Shown here: one piece after another, positions 51,019-63,485 of the stretch
How positions within the stretch are numbered: the first letter of the stretch is position 1
Layout of the letters: the number at the start of each line of letters is the position of its first letter
NCBI GenBank assembly: GCA_013265495.1
Contig: MU058213.1
Coordinates: 6,402,066-6,466,065 of the forward strand
Source: Vicugna vicugna
Lineage: Eukaryota
DNA length: 64,000 nt
Reading direction: 5' to 3'
The notes under the pieces: generated by a model
What the model was told of the DNA's origin: nothing
What the model saw: only the letters and a program-made list of their open reading frames with translations
The model's database searches: none
Translations under genes and position numbers: made by a program

Positions 51019-54000
51019 TTAAAACTAAGTTTTAATTGATTTGAATGTATTTTGTATTTGGGATGAAGTATGGATCTGACTTTAAGTGTTCCCGATGGAA
51101 AGCTAATTATGCCAGAGCTATCTGTTAAATAAGCGTCTTGCTGCATATGCTGACACATGTTATTCAAAAGGGAAAAATAGTGAAGTTGAGGTTTCCTCAG
51201 AGGTCAAGCTAACTGCACACTAACAAATTAATCAATCCAAAAATACTTGGGAGAGCTTGCTAAATGCAAGGTTCTGGATGGTACAAACAGGGATAAAGTC
51301 TGCTTCCCTCCACTGAAGGTGGGGGACACCCAGTGAAGTGACCCTTCCTCCTCACCTCCTTTGCTGATCTGGGCAAGTGACTTAATCAGTCTAATCCTCT
51401 ATTTTATCATCTGTATAATGGGAATAACAGCATCAACTTCACAGGATTGCTGTTGGAACATAATGAGTAAAACATGTAGTTGTGTCTAGCCCAGAAAAAC
51501 ACGAATCCTGTGTTCGATAGCTAACTGGGGTTGGGGTTAACCCTCTGCTGCTCCTCCAGCGTCAGGAGTTTCTTCGAAGGGAAAGGAAAGAGTTGAGTTA
51601 GATCTCAAACAGCACCTGATTAATTATAACAAACATCTGTAGAGTTATTTCTTTGTGTCCGGATACTCGTTGTATTCCTCTAAGGGTTTTAAATCTATTC
51701 ATATTATATTGTAACTGTGAAATTGAACTCATTCTTGATGAGGAAACCAAGGCACAGAGAGGTTAAATAACACATCCAAGTAAGTCATGCTGCCAAGAAG
51801 TAGCCTCGTTGGGATCTGAACCCAGATGTTCTGCTCCCATGTTGATGCCTGCAACGCTGCACTGGGCAAGCAGCGGGTGCACCGTGGTGGCTCGTGAGTT
51901 TCCAGGGCTCTGAAACTCCCCCAGTTGCTGCATCAGAAGCCGTGGCTCTTTCTTCCCTGGATTTAGTTCCTCCTAATACCAGCCTTCTAGGTATTGTGGA
52001 ATGGCTTCTTAGTGGGCCAATGCCTTCATCTCAGCTTTGTAAGTCAAAGGACTGAAACTAACATATGGCGAGAAATGTCAGCCTCCTTCCCTTGAGAATA
52101 TCAGGGTCCCTTCTGTGTGGGGACACTTCCTAATCACCATCTTTACTTCTTCTTTGGCAGAAGTAAACCCTATTTCAGATTCCTGCAATCATATGACTAA
52201 GTAACACTCTTCCCGTTTCACAGGGTAAGAAGCTGAAGCTTGGATTAATTGCTCCCCAGCAGTTGAGAAAGTCAGACATTTCAGTCTGGGAAAATTGCGC
52301 GGGCAGGGCTTGCAGGAAGGTTACCATGTGGAGAGGAAGGGTAGCCCAGCATGGCCAAGGCCGAGCGCTGGGCTCGTTAGGCGGAGCGATTTAGCATCCC
52401 ACAGTCTGTTTAGGGGGCTGGGGGTCCGGGATGGGGAAGAATTCCTACAGCATTGTGGGAGGTGGCATCTGGGTAGGTATTTTATAATTTATTATGTGAC
52501 CAGGAGATGCCTGTCCATCAAAGTCTTTCCTCTTGGATGACAGAAGGACATCAAACCTATTAACTTATTAACTCAAGGCTGTGAAGTGTAACGCCTTTGT
52601 TTGTCTCAAACTCTGAGCCAGGCCAAGCTCATAGGAACTTAAGTAAGTAATTATTGGCTCAGAAACCAAGAAAATAGAAAAACCGGAGAAACGGTAATCC
52701 TTGAATGATCAAGCTTAGCATTTTCCTGCTGGCTGATTTTTTATTGCTTCAACACAATAAAAAGTCAAGCCCAGCCAGTCAGAGAAATTATAGTGTTTGG
52801 AGGGCAAGGGCCCCATTCCTCTTAGCCGCAAGCCCCTGGTTGCCACCTGACTCTGCAAACAAGCAGATGGCAAATACTCACTGCCCAAGAGGGGCCCTGT
52901 GAATGAGGAAACGGGCTGCAGGAAGTCTCGGGGCTGGGATCAAATGCTGCCATTTGAATGATGTTTACAAAGAGGTCCTCACGGCATGAGCAGTGGCGTA
53001 GCATATAATACGAAGTGGAAAGAGCAGACTTCATAACTGTGTGCACAGAGTGACTTTTTGATGCATTACCAGAAGCCTGGAGGTAGACAGATAGGATTTT
53101 CTGTTAGAAGATGGGTGAAATTTTGTCCTTAGTTTTGTCTTCCAGGTTTTTACACTAAGCACCCTCTCCCTCTCTTCTTTTTCTCCACCTCCCCCACCCA
53201 TCTCTCTACATTTGGATACATTACTACACAGACTGTGCTTTTGGACGCTGAGTCTATCTGGAACCCTCACTATAAAAGGTTAAGAGCATCTTCCAAATCA
53301 GTCCAGCCTCCATGGTCTTTATGTGGACTCTTCAACCCCCCCCTCCCTTTTTATAATACAAACCAAAAATGGAGAAACTACTTATTTTTCAAAAGTGTTC
53401 TTTGGGCATACAACTTGTAAGTGGATTTCTGAAAGTTGCATTGACATCTAAAATGTGTAAGGGATTCCTCACCCCTCTCAGTACACAAGCCTCCTGATCT
53501 CAACAACAGAACATTTATTCCGAATCCTGTGCAGTATACCTTCTCCACAAGCCCGTTTGAAATTAAGTCCCCTCTTGAGAGAGAAAGCAATCTATCCGAC
53601 AAGATTGGCTTAAATGCTAAATATTATAATTCTACTTTATACAAAAAGGAGTATTTCAAAGCTACTTGCTTGAGAAAAAGCAAAAGAAACCTTTTAAGAA
53701 GCCGTGTAACAGGAAGAACACAGGAGGACAAGCCAGCATAACCGTGGGCACGGCACCTAACAGATTTGTGTGATGCTCTGTTACCACCCCCACCCCACCC
53801 CCAGATAAAACAGGAACCACCTAGTGGCAAATCCCTTTGCTTTTTACTGAACCCACCAAGTTGACCCTGTTCGTAGTCCCTCCTGTCACCGTGTGGGAGC
53901 TGCTCGGGTCTCGGTCATATTACCACAATAGCAAAACCGCAAGCCCTCCTCATGGGACGTTTCTCTCCTTTTACTTCACAGCCAGGTTCTTCTACGGAGT

Positions 54001-55196
54001 TGTCTCTTGTTTCTTGACGTTGCTTCGATCCCTTAACCCACTCCCACTGAATCCACTGCTTCTGCTGTTCCTCACATCTCCCATAAACCTTTCAGACTTT
54101 TTCCTTTGGGGCTTTCCAGCAGCATTTGCCAGTATTGACCACCCCCTTCTCCCTGAAATGCCCTCAGAGGTGGACCATCTTCTGTGCACCTGTGCTCAGA
54201 GAGCGGCGTTGCCATCCATCCAGTTACGCAAGGTAGAAATTTGGGAATCAGACTTGACTCTTCTTCTCATATCTCATTGGCCACCAAGTCCTATCAATTC
54301 TGCCTCCTAACCGTCTCCAGAATCTGTTGTCTACTTTCCCCCACCTTCAAGAGAGGACCTGTAATGGTTGAGAGCACCATGGGTGGATTCTGGCTCTGTC
54401 TTCATTGCTATACGGCCCTGGGCAAATTGTTGACTCTGTCTGCCTCAGATGTAAGGTGAAATAGCGTCTTCCCCATGGACCTGCTGCGCAGGATAGATGA
54501 TCGATACGGATAACACACTTGGCACTGTGCCCAGCTCAGTGGCCGCGTTAAGCACGTTTTGGTAGCACTGTTACCTCAGGTGGTTCTGTTTCACTGGGAG
54601 CTGGTCTAAGATGCTCCTACCTCGGCCCTGTGCTTCAAGTCTTACCCTGGTCTATACCCCACCCCGCCAACAGACAGATGGTTCTATAACTTGAACTGTG
54701 TCCCTCTTCCCTAACTGCGCTCCGCAGGGGGAAAAGCGGGGAAACATCCTTACCTTGACTTAAAAGGTTTTTCATAAACAAGCCACTCACATTTTCAGCC
54801 TCATGTGTTGCTGTTGTCCCAGTGTCAGATCTGCAGTCTCCTATAATCTGTCTATGGGAAGCTCCGCTCTTCCGTCTCACCCTGAAAGCTTTTCATGTGC
54901 TGTCCCTTTGTCTGGAAAACTCCTTCCCTTTCCTCCTTCCCTTTCCTCCTTTCCATGGTCAATGCAGGGTTTCCAGTGTCCTAGCTAGGTCATTTCCCCT
55001 GGGAAGCCTTCCCAGGTCTCCCCATTCTTCCCAACAAAAGCCAGATGGCCTGTACCCCTTGTGTGGGGAACCAGGTCCCTTGTCCACCCAGGGGAACCCC
55101 ACCTTCTCACCCCCAGTCCATGTAGCACCTGAAATGATGGGAATAGAACCAGTATGTCCTGGACAGCTACTTTAGGGATCATTTTAACCTTCTTGT

Positions 55197-55476
55197 TCTT
55201 TTTTGGTTCTTTTTTTTTTTTTTGAAAGTATAGTCAACTTACACTGTGTGTCAATTTCTGGTGTACAGCATAATCTTTCAGTCATATGTGTGCAGACATA
55301 TATTCATTTTCATATTCTTTTTCATTATCAGTTACCAAAAGATATTGAATATTGTTCCCTGTGCTATATAGAAGAAACTTGTTGGTTATCTATTTTATGT
55401 ATAGTAGTTAGTATCTGCTAATCTCGAACTCCCAATTTATCCCTTCCAACCCCTTTTCCCCCTTGGTAACCATAAG
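55197..55476 (-). mobile_element. L1 3' end, short
   Basis: Poly(T) followed by gaaagtatagtcaacttacactgtgtgtcaatttctggtgtacagc. Confidence 0.85.
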
Positions 55477-56471
55477 AGGTTTTATTTCCTTTTCTTGTAG
55501 AACTTCTCAGCAGGTCCAGGTTATCTCTTTTCAATTAACTGGACACCCTTTGGGGACCCACTCTTTTATGGAGGGCTGTTTGAGATTCCCTCCCAGACAA
55601 ACTCACAGCAGCCCAGCCTGTTTCTTAGTCTTGTCCAACTGCAGAGGGTCCATTCACCAGCTGGCTTGGTGGTCAGGTCTGGGGCTGAAGCTCAGACAGC
55701 CTGGGATGTCTCTTGCTCTTGTCAGTTTCTTCAGCCCAAACTCAGCTCGGCTTCAGGGTTGTCCTAGTCTAGCTCTTCCACGTAGAGGGGCAGATCCGCT
55801 CACCTGAGCTAGAGTCCCGTTTCCATCCCCAAGTTAGGGTTAGTGTGCCTTACATCAGTTGATAGAGGATGGGCAGGGGGAAGCTCAGGGCAGCCAAATG
55901 TGGATATCAAGTCCGAGAGCTGTAGTGGGGCCCATGCCAGTCTCTTTTGGGGTACCCCAGGGCCTAAAGCCGGTGCTCAGCCCTTGACTGCAGGGGCTGG
56001 ACACTGGAGGCAGCACTGGCAATGTTCCGGAGTCTCCGCTTGTCCTGAGACAGCATTCCCAGCTCAGAGCAGGCATGCTGATCACAGTCGTTGTGGAAAA
56101 CAGGACGAGAGCACGGGGCTGCTGATGCAAAAGGAGAGCAGGCAAGGAGCCGTCTCCTGGCTGGGTCCGTTCCTCCTGAGGGTTGGCCAGTACCCTGAGG
56201 TTTGGGCTGGCACCTGCAAGCTCTGCAGACAGGTCTCTGAGATGTTTCCAAGGTAGGAGAAGCAGACAGAGTCAGGGCCCAGCCTTGCTCTCTGCCGGCC
56301 CCCCTGTGATCCCCATCCTTAATCAAGTCGCTAAAATAGGTAAAAATTGAACATTTAATTGCTTTGCAGAAGAGTGTCTGCATTTATTTTGTTCCATGTA
56401 GTGCTTTAGAGTTTAACTTTCAAAGCTGGACTATAAGTTATTTAATTGATTTATCAGAAAATAACTTGAGT

Positions 56472-56560
56472 AGGGAGGGTATAGCTCAGTGGTAGAGTGT
56501 GTGCTTAGCATGCACGAGGTCCTGGGTTCAACCCCCCAGTACCTCCATTAAAAAATAAAT
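56472..56560 (+). mobile_element. vic-1-type SINE, short-tail form
   Basis: gggagggtatagctcagtggtagagtgtgtgcttagcatgcacgaggtcctgggttcaacccccc with flanking aaataact repeat. Confidence 0.88.
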
Positions 56561-58279
56561 AAATAACTGGTTGATAATGTTTCTGAAGATGACCCCCTTT
56601 TTTTTTTAATAGGAAGAAGAGGGAGGAAAAACAATTTTACTGTCATGTCCCCCTCTGTGCAAACTTACAGCAGCTGTTGGTGCTACTTCTTAATCCTACT
56701 GTAGCAAGCTGAGTACTTATAAGCTCTTGTTAGACCCAGTGACATGCAGAAATTTTTGCAACTGATTTATAATTGACATAAAACATTGTATTAGTGTTTG
56801 GTATACAACATTGATTCATTGTATGTAATATTGCAAAATGATCATCAGAATAATCTAGTGGACGCTCATCACCACACTTAGCTACAAAAATGGTTTTCTT
56901 GTGATGAGACCTTTCAAGATTTACTCTCTTAGCAACTTTTGAAAATGCAATATAGTATTATTAACGATAGTCACCCTGCATCCCCAGGCTTTATTTTATA
57001 GATGGAAGTTTGTACCTTTTGACCCCCTTCACTCATTTCACCCACATCCCACCCCCTACCTCTGGCAACCACCAGTCTGTTTTCTGTGTTCTTGAGTTTG
57101 GTTTTGTTTTAGGTTCCACATGTAAGTGAGATCATACAATATTTTCTTTTTCTGTTTTATTTCACTGAGCATAAATGCCCTCAAGGTCCATCTATGCTGT
57201 CATAAATGGTAGGATTTCCTTTTTTATGGCTTTAAAATATATTTATACCACATCGTCTTTATCTGTTCATCCATCAGTGGACATTTAAGTTGTTTGCATG
57301 TCTTGGCTATAGTAAATAAGGCTGCAGTAAACATGGCATTTCAAATGTGTTTTAGAGTTAGTGTTTTCCTTGACTTCGGGTAAACATCCAGAAGTGGGAT
57401 TGCCGGATCCTATGGTAGTTCTATTCTGAGGAACCTCCCTACTGTTTTTCCATAGTGGCTGCACCAATGTATATTCCCTCCAACAACGTACAAGTGTTTC
57501 CTTTTCTCCACATCCTTGCCAACGCTTGTTATTTCTTGTCTTTTTGATAATAGCCATTCTAACAGGTGTGAGGTGATAGCTCATTGTGGTTTTGACTTTC
57601 ATTTCCCTGGTGATTAGTGTGTTGAGCATCTTTTCATGTGCCTGTTGGCCATCTTCCTGTCTTCTTTAGAACAGTGTCTTATTTAGATCTTCAGCCTGTT
57701 TCTAGCTATTGAGTTGTCCGAGTTCTTTATATATTTTGGATATTAACCCCTCATCAGATACATGCTTTGCAAATATTTCCTCCCCTGCTGTAGGCTGCCT
57801 GTCTGTTTTGTTGATGGTTTCCCTTGCTGTGCAGAGAAGCATTTTAATTTGATGTAGTCCCATGTTAATTTTTGCTCTTGTTGCCTTTGCTTTTTGTGTC
57901 AAGTCCAAAAATTCATTACCGAGATCAGAGTCAAGGAGGCGACCTCTGTGTGTTCTGCTAGGATTTTTATGGTTTAAGGTCTTACATTCAAGTCTTCAAT
58001 CCATTTTGAGTTGATTTTTGTGTGTGATGTTAGACAGTGGTCCAGTTTCATGCGTTGGCATGTGGCTCTCCAGTTTTCCCACTTACTGGAGAGTCTGTCC
58101 CTTCCCCCGTTGTTTATTCTTAACTCCTTTGTGATAAATTAATTGCCGATAGATGTGTGGGTTTCTTTCTGGGCTCTCTACTGTGTTTCATTGGTTTCTG
58201 TGTCTGTTTTTAGGTCAGTACCATACTGTTTTGATTACTATAGCTTTGTAACACAGTTAGAAATTAGAACGCATATGAG

Positions 58280-58323
58280 GGGCCAGTGGCGCAATGGATA
58301 ATGCGTCTGACTACAGATCAGAA
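58280..58323 (+). pseudogene. tRNA-Arg(ACG) 5'-half tailless retropseudogene
   Basis: gggccagtggcgcaatggataatgcgtctgactacagatcagaa corresponds to the first ~44 nt of mammalian tRNA-Arg-ACG, with two CpG-type transitions. TSD agaaattagaacg at 58259-58271 and 58320-58332. Confidence 0.88.
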
Positions 58324-59161
58324 ATTAGAACGTGTGGTGCTTCCAGTTTCATTTTTTCCTCAAGATTACTTTGGGTATTTGGGGTCTTTTGTGATTCCGT
58401 ATAAATTTTATGGTTGTTGGTTCAACTTCTGTGAAAAATGCCTTTGGAATTTTGATAGAGATTGTACTGAATCTGAGATTGCTTTGGTTAGTTTAGACAT
58501 TTTAGCAATAATAATTCTTTCAACCCACGAGCATGGAATACCTTTCCATTGGCTTTTGTCGTCTTCAATTTCTTTCATCAGTCTTAGTGTTTTCATTGTA
58601 TAAGCCTTTCTCCTCTTTTAAATTAAAGTTAATTTTTTCCTTGATATTTTATTCTTTTTGATACAATTATAGATGGGGTTTGTTTTCTAAGTTTCTTTCT
58701 GATAGTTCATTATTTGTGTTTGGAAATGCAACTGATTTTTGTATATTGGTTTTATATCCTGCAACTTAATTGAATTTGTTTATTCTAATAATTTTCTGGA
58801 GCAGTCTTGAGAGTTTTCTACATAGGTTATAATGTAATATACAAATAGAGACCATTTTATTCCTTTTTGATTTGGTACATTTTATTTCTGTGTCTTGCCT
58901 AATTGTTCAGGCTAGAACTTACAATACTATGTTGAATAGAAGTGTTGAGTGTTGTCATCCTTGTCTTATTCCTGATCTTAGAGGAAAAGTTCTCAGCTTT
59001 TCATTGTTGAGTATGATGTTAGCTGGGGACTTGTCACATATGGCTTTTACTATGCTGAGATACATTCCTTCTATACACAATTTATTGAGAGTTTAAAAAA
59101 TCATAATTGGATGTTGAATGTTGTCAAATGCTTTTACTGCATCTATTGAGATGATCATATG

Positions 59162-59322
59162 TTTTTCTCTTTTTTATTTTTTATCTACTTTTTAAATTTT
59201 TTGGCGGGGATCAGGAGGTAATTAGGTGTACTTATTTATTTCTAGAGGAGGTACTGGGGATTGAACCGAGGACCGTGTGCATGCTAAGCATGTGCTCTAC
59301 CACTTGAGCTATACCCTCCCCC
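59162..59322 (-). mobile_element. vic-1-type SINE inside L1
   Basis: ...ggtactggggattgaaccgaggaccgtgtgcatgctaagcatgtgctctaccacttgagctataccctcccc. TSD gatcatatg at 59153-59161 and 59323-59331. Confidence 0.9.
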
Positions 59323-60594
59323 GATCATATGCTTTTTTATCCTACACTTTGTTGATGTGGTGTATCACACTGGTTGCTTTGTGGATGTTGAAGCGGCCTT
59401 ACGTCTCCAGAATAAATCCTGCTTGATTGTGGTGTGTGGTAGTCTTCATGTGTTGTTGAATCTGCTTTGCTGATATTTGTTGGTGGGTTTTACACCTACA
59501 TTCATCAGGGATATTGGCCTGTAATTTTTTTCTTACACTGACTTTGTCTGATTCTGCTATTAGGGCATTACTCGCCTTATGAATGGAAGTGTTCTTTCCT
59601 CTTTTATTTTTGGAAGAGTTTGGGAAGGATTGGTGTTGATTGTTTTTTGAATACTGGATAGAATTCCCCAGTGAAGCCATCTGGTCCTGGACTTTTGTTT
59701 ATTGGAAGGTTTTTGATTACTGATTCAATCTCCTTACTACTAATTAGTCTGTTCAGATTTTCTGTTTTTTCATGATTCAGTCCTGCTGGGTAGTATGTTT
59801 CTAGAAACTTACCTGTTTATTCTAGGTTATCCAGTTTGTTGGCATGCAGTTGTTCACAAAATTCTCTTATGATCCTTTGTATTTCTGTGGTAGAAGTTGT
59901 AATGTCTCCTCTTACAGTAATCTTTTTCATTACTTTCACGTGCTCTGGGCAGAATTATTTTATCTTAGAAGTGGACATGAATATTTTAATAGGATATCAA
60001 GAAAGAGAACTACGTGAAACTTCAACTTACTTGCCTTTGCTGCGGAGGTCTCTCCTAACTTTGTGGGGTAGATTCTATGTGATGGGAAAAGCAAGGGCAG
60101 CAGGGCCAGAAATCCTAGGACAGGGTGCAGACACCACCGTGAAAGAAGCATGTATCTGTGCTGGATACAATAGATATAACCTAGATGTCTGCAACTTGTC
60201 CACCCGGGAGGGGTCACCCTTCCCTTTTTACCCAGATAACACAGGTCTTGCCCCTGTCCAGGAGACACTGGGTTCTTCTCCACAAATATTTCCGAGACTG
60301 CCCAGATAATGTGAGCCTGTCTCCCTGTCTGTCCAGAGGTTGTGCTGGTGTCAGCAATGATTCTTGCTTCAGACTCTCCCCGGAAGGATGTATAGCCATC
60401 ACTTAATATCCTTTCCAAACAGCTGTTATCCCTGCCCCCAAGCAAGGACACAGGCTCTTCCCGCAATAAACAAAGCCTTGATAACAGAAAGGGTCACTTG
60501 TAGGCTCACCCTCTCTCTTGACTCTACTGGTTGCCTCGCAACCCAGGCCAGCTTGCTTGCTTGCTTTGATGTAGCCCCTTATCTCTCCTTTCCC

Positions 60595-61412
60595 TGGTAA
60601 TGGTTCTGGTACTAATTTCCAATTTGTGGGTCCCCCCAGTACCACCAAGCAATTCTCCAGCACCAGCTGGGTGTCATACGATTCAACTCAATGTTGACAG
60701 TGTCTACCCAGAGATATTGTCATATCCCACAGGCTGAGGACTCAGTCTTACAAGACTGCCTCCCTTTCATCCCCCCTTCACTTCAGATGCCAGTCACAAG
60801 CCCAGGTTGTAACCTGTGATTCTGACGCACTGACTGTAGATCAGAGACTCCAACAGTCCCCTTCTTGGGCTTGATTAATTTTCTAGAGCAGCTCACAGAA
60901 CCCAAACATTTTACTTACTAGGTTACTGGTCTGTTATGTAAGGATGTGACTTCAAAAGAGCCAGATGGAAGAGGTACATAGGGCAGGGTATGGGGGAAAC
61001 AGCACAGAACTTCCATGCCGTCTTCCATTGTGTCATTTCCCTCAAATCCCCATCTGTTCACCCATTGAGAAGCTCTCTGAACCCTGTCCTTTTGGATTTC
61101 TGTGGAGGCTTTGTTACATAGGTATGACTGACTAACTCATGGGCCACTGGAGATTGATTCAACCTCCAGGCCCTCCCCTCTCCCTGGAGGTCAGGAGGAG
61201 GGACTGAAAGTTCCAACCCTCTAATCATTAGGTTGGTTTTTCTGGTACCCAGTACCCAACCTTCCAAAAGTCATTTTATTGTCGTAACAAAAGACACTTT
61301 TCTTGCTCTCATAACTTAAAAAATTCTAAGGGTTTTAGGATCCCAGTGCTAGAAAGACGGATGAAGACCAAATACATATTTCTTATATATTTTTACAAAT
61401 CACATTATCACA
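60595..61412. mobile_element. MER21-like LTR (left boundary uncertain)
   Basis: caccaagcaattctccagcaccagctgggtgtc...gaagaccaaatacatatt...atcaca. Reverse-complement similarity to 34227-35063. Confidence 0.75.
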
Positions 61413-62084
61413 CCCCAGGTCGGAGGAAATCCTCTCCTCCCCTCCTGAGCATCCCTGTGGATACGTAGCTCCACCCTCGAGGATGACACCCCTTCAGACT
61501 CAGGCCTCCTGTTCTTGGGCGGGATCTGGCTGTTTGCTTTGCAAGTCCCAAAAGAGCCACGAAGTATTCCAAAATGAAAGATTAACTTGAGCACCAAAGT
61601 TGGATACTGCCTCTCCTTTAAACCTAAAACTGCTGGTAGTGTTGACATAGTGCCCTCCCTGGCTTCTGGCTACCAAACTGCCAGACTTGTTGGGGGCATC
61701 AGTCACTGTGTGGGTACCCTGGGAGGCTGATGCATCTAGAGGAGGGTGCGGGTGGTCCCCGTAAGTCCATTTGCACGAACTGCCAGGAACTCACCACAAG
61801 GAAGAAGTTCAGGGCAGGGCTGTGGCTGGGTGTGGGTGGAGGTAGGCGGTAGGGATTGAGAATGCGGCACCCGTGCATCGTGCTGGATCCAGTGGAGAGG
61901 GTGATGGAAGCAAACAGCAACTACAGCAACAGTAACAACCAAACAGAAACACCTCATGTTTTTGGTTAGACACATGATCTTGAAGAGGCGGAGCTGGCAT
62001 CAAGCCCAGTGTAACACTGTGGGGCACAAAGGGGGAGGAAGCAATGAATTCTTTGGGCTATCTCTTTCTGATGGTCTCAGAGTG

Positions 62085-62250
62085 TTAGCGGGACAGGCTA
62101 TGTGGGCATGTGACCTGTGCCACCCCCCGGGGCCCTGTGGTTATTTTAATGCTCTCTGTCACTATCTTGAAATTCTTAATAATTTTTTGGCACAGGGCTC
62201 CATATGGTATGTTTTGCACCGGGCCCAGCAAATGATGTAGCCGGTTCTGG
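62085..62250. mobile_element. MER91B-like hAT relic
   Basis: ttaatgctctctgtcactatcttgaaattcttaataatttt...ttttgcaccgggcccagcaaatgatgtagccggttctg. Confidence 0.65.
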
Positions 62251-63299
62251 GTGCCGATAAGAGATGGTGCCAGCGCTGTTACCACTCCCTTTGCCAGCAG
62301 TGGCTAAAATGAGTTGCCTTGGTGGAACACTGGAGGTTCTAGCTTCAGGCATCACTCACCCACAGGGTCCCCCCTGGCAGCGCTGGCTCAGCATAGGCTC
62401 AGCTCAGCACCACCAGGGTATGTATGACTTCAAAGGCACAAGTGACTTTAGGGGCAGTGGGTGACAGCGTCTTGGCATGGGCAGCAGGCCATTCACAGCT
62501 GACACCAGCTTCAGAGGAAGCTGTGAGCTTCTTGCAGGTGGCTCTTCAGCCGGGGGATGGTTCAGAAGAGCAGTTGAGGGAGGGAGATCCTGGCATCTCA
62601 ACAAACATGGGAGACACTCCCGGGGGTGACTTTAAAGGACAAAGGGTGGTGGTCTTGGTCCACGACGTCTTGTGGGGATTGGAGCCAGAGAAAGACGTCT
62701 GAAATGTTCGCTTTTACCTCAAGTCTAGTGCAGCCTGGGGGAACCGGGGTTATACATAAAAAGTATAGATCTGTTCACCAAATTCTGCAGCTGAGGTGAG
62801 ACCCCAGAAAAGGGGAGCCCCGAAGACCCATCCCTGTATTTGCAGTGGAGATAGACATACTTCTAGACTCTAGGCCAAGACTAATGAGTGATAACAATGA
62901 TGAAGCCAGCTGGTGCTATTGTGCCATTATTGTTACGAAGTGTTTTCATATACTCGGACATAAATGAGCAAGAGAAGAATGAGGGAGGTCAGGTAGGGAT
63001 TATGCGTCCTGAGACTGAAAACGTCAACTGAGGAGCAAGCCGGAACCCTGCAGGTGGAATGCGGGCGGGTCTGTGTTCTCGCCTCTCCAAACCGGTAAGG
63101 GAAGGGCTGCCTTTATTCTGGCAGCCCGGAACCTGGAATAGAAACTAGGGCACGAAGGAGACATTTAGTAAATGAACTGAACTCAAAGTGATATGACAAC
63201 ACGTAGAAGCCAGTCCATAATTTTCTGGTTGAGGCTTTGCGAAGACTTGTAACGCTTCATGGTTCTTGAGGGGTTGAGATCTTATTAACAAAAGCTATC

Positions 63300-63485
63300 T
63301 AATACAAATTACTGTGTATAAAAAAGATAAACAAGGTCCTGCTGTATAGCACAGGGATCTATATTAAATATCTTGTAATAAGAGATAATGAAAAAGAATA
63401 TACACGTATATAACAATCACTGTGCTGTACACTAGAAACCAACACAACATTGTGAATCAACTATAGTTCAATTTTAAATAACTAG
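63300..63485 (+). mobile_element. L1 extreme 3' end
   Basis: aacaaggtcctgctgtatagcacaggg...cactgtgctgtacactagaaaccaacacaacattgtgaatcaactat. Confidence 0.85.

Larger units (their letters stand above)
56750..59915 (-). mobile_element. Older L1 (L1MA-like) ORF2 and 3'UTR, hosting two later insertions
   Basis: Antisense ORF2 peptides ([37 protein letters not shown]). Confidence 0.9.

Noticed and set aside
53837..54310. 157-aa hydrophobic ORF
   Set aside because: Lies in pyrimidine-rich L2-like remnant sequence; no homology recognised.
56472..56545. Functional tRNA genes at SINE heads (also the other seven copies)
   Set aside because: They have A/B boxes, but also A-rich tails and TSDs typical of SINE copies.
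59836..60466. 157-aa and 168-aa overlapping ORFs
   Set aside because: They span the L1 end and probable LTR-derived sequence; no recognisable protein.
62424..62702. 92-aa ORF as a possible GCNT3 exon
   Set aside because: No similarity to the recalled GCNT3 protein and no clear splice signals.
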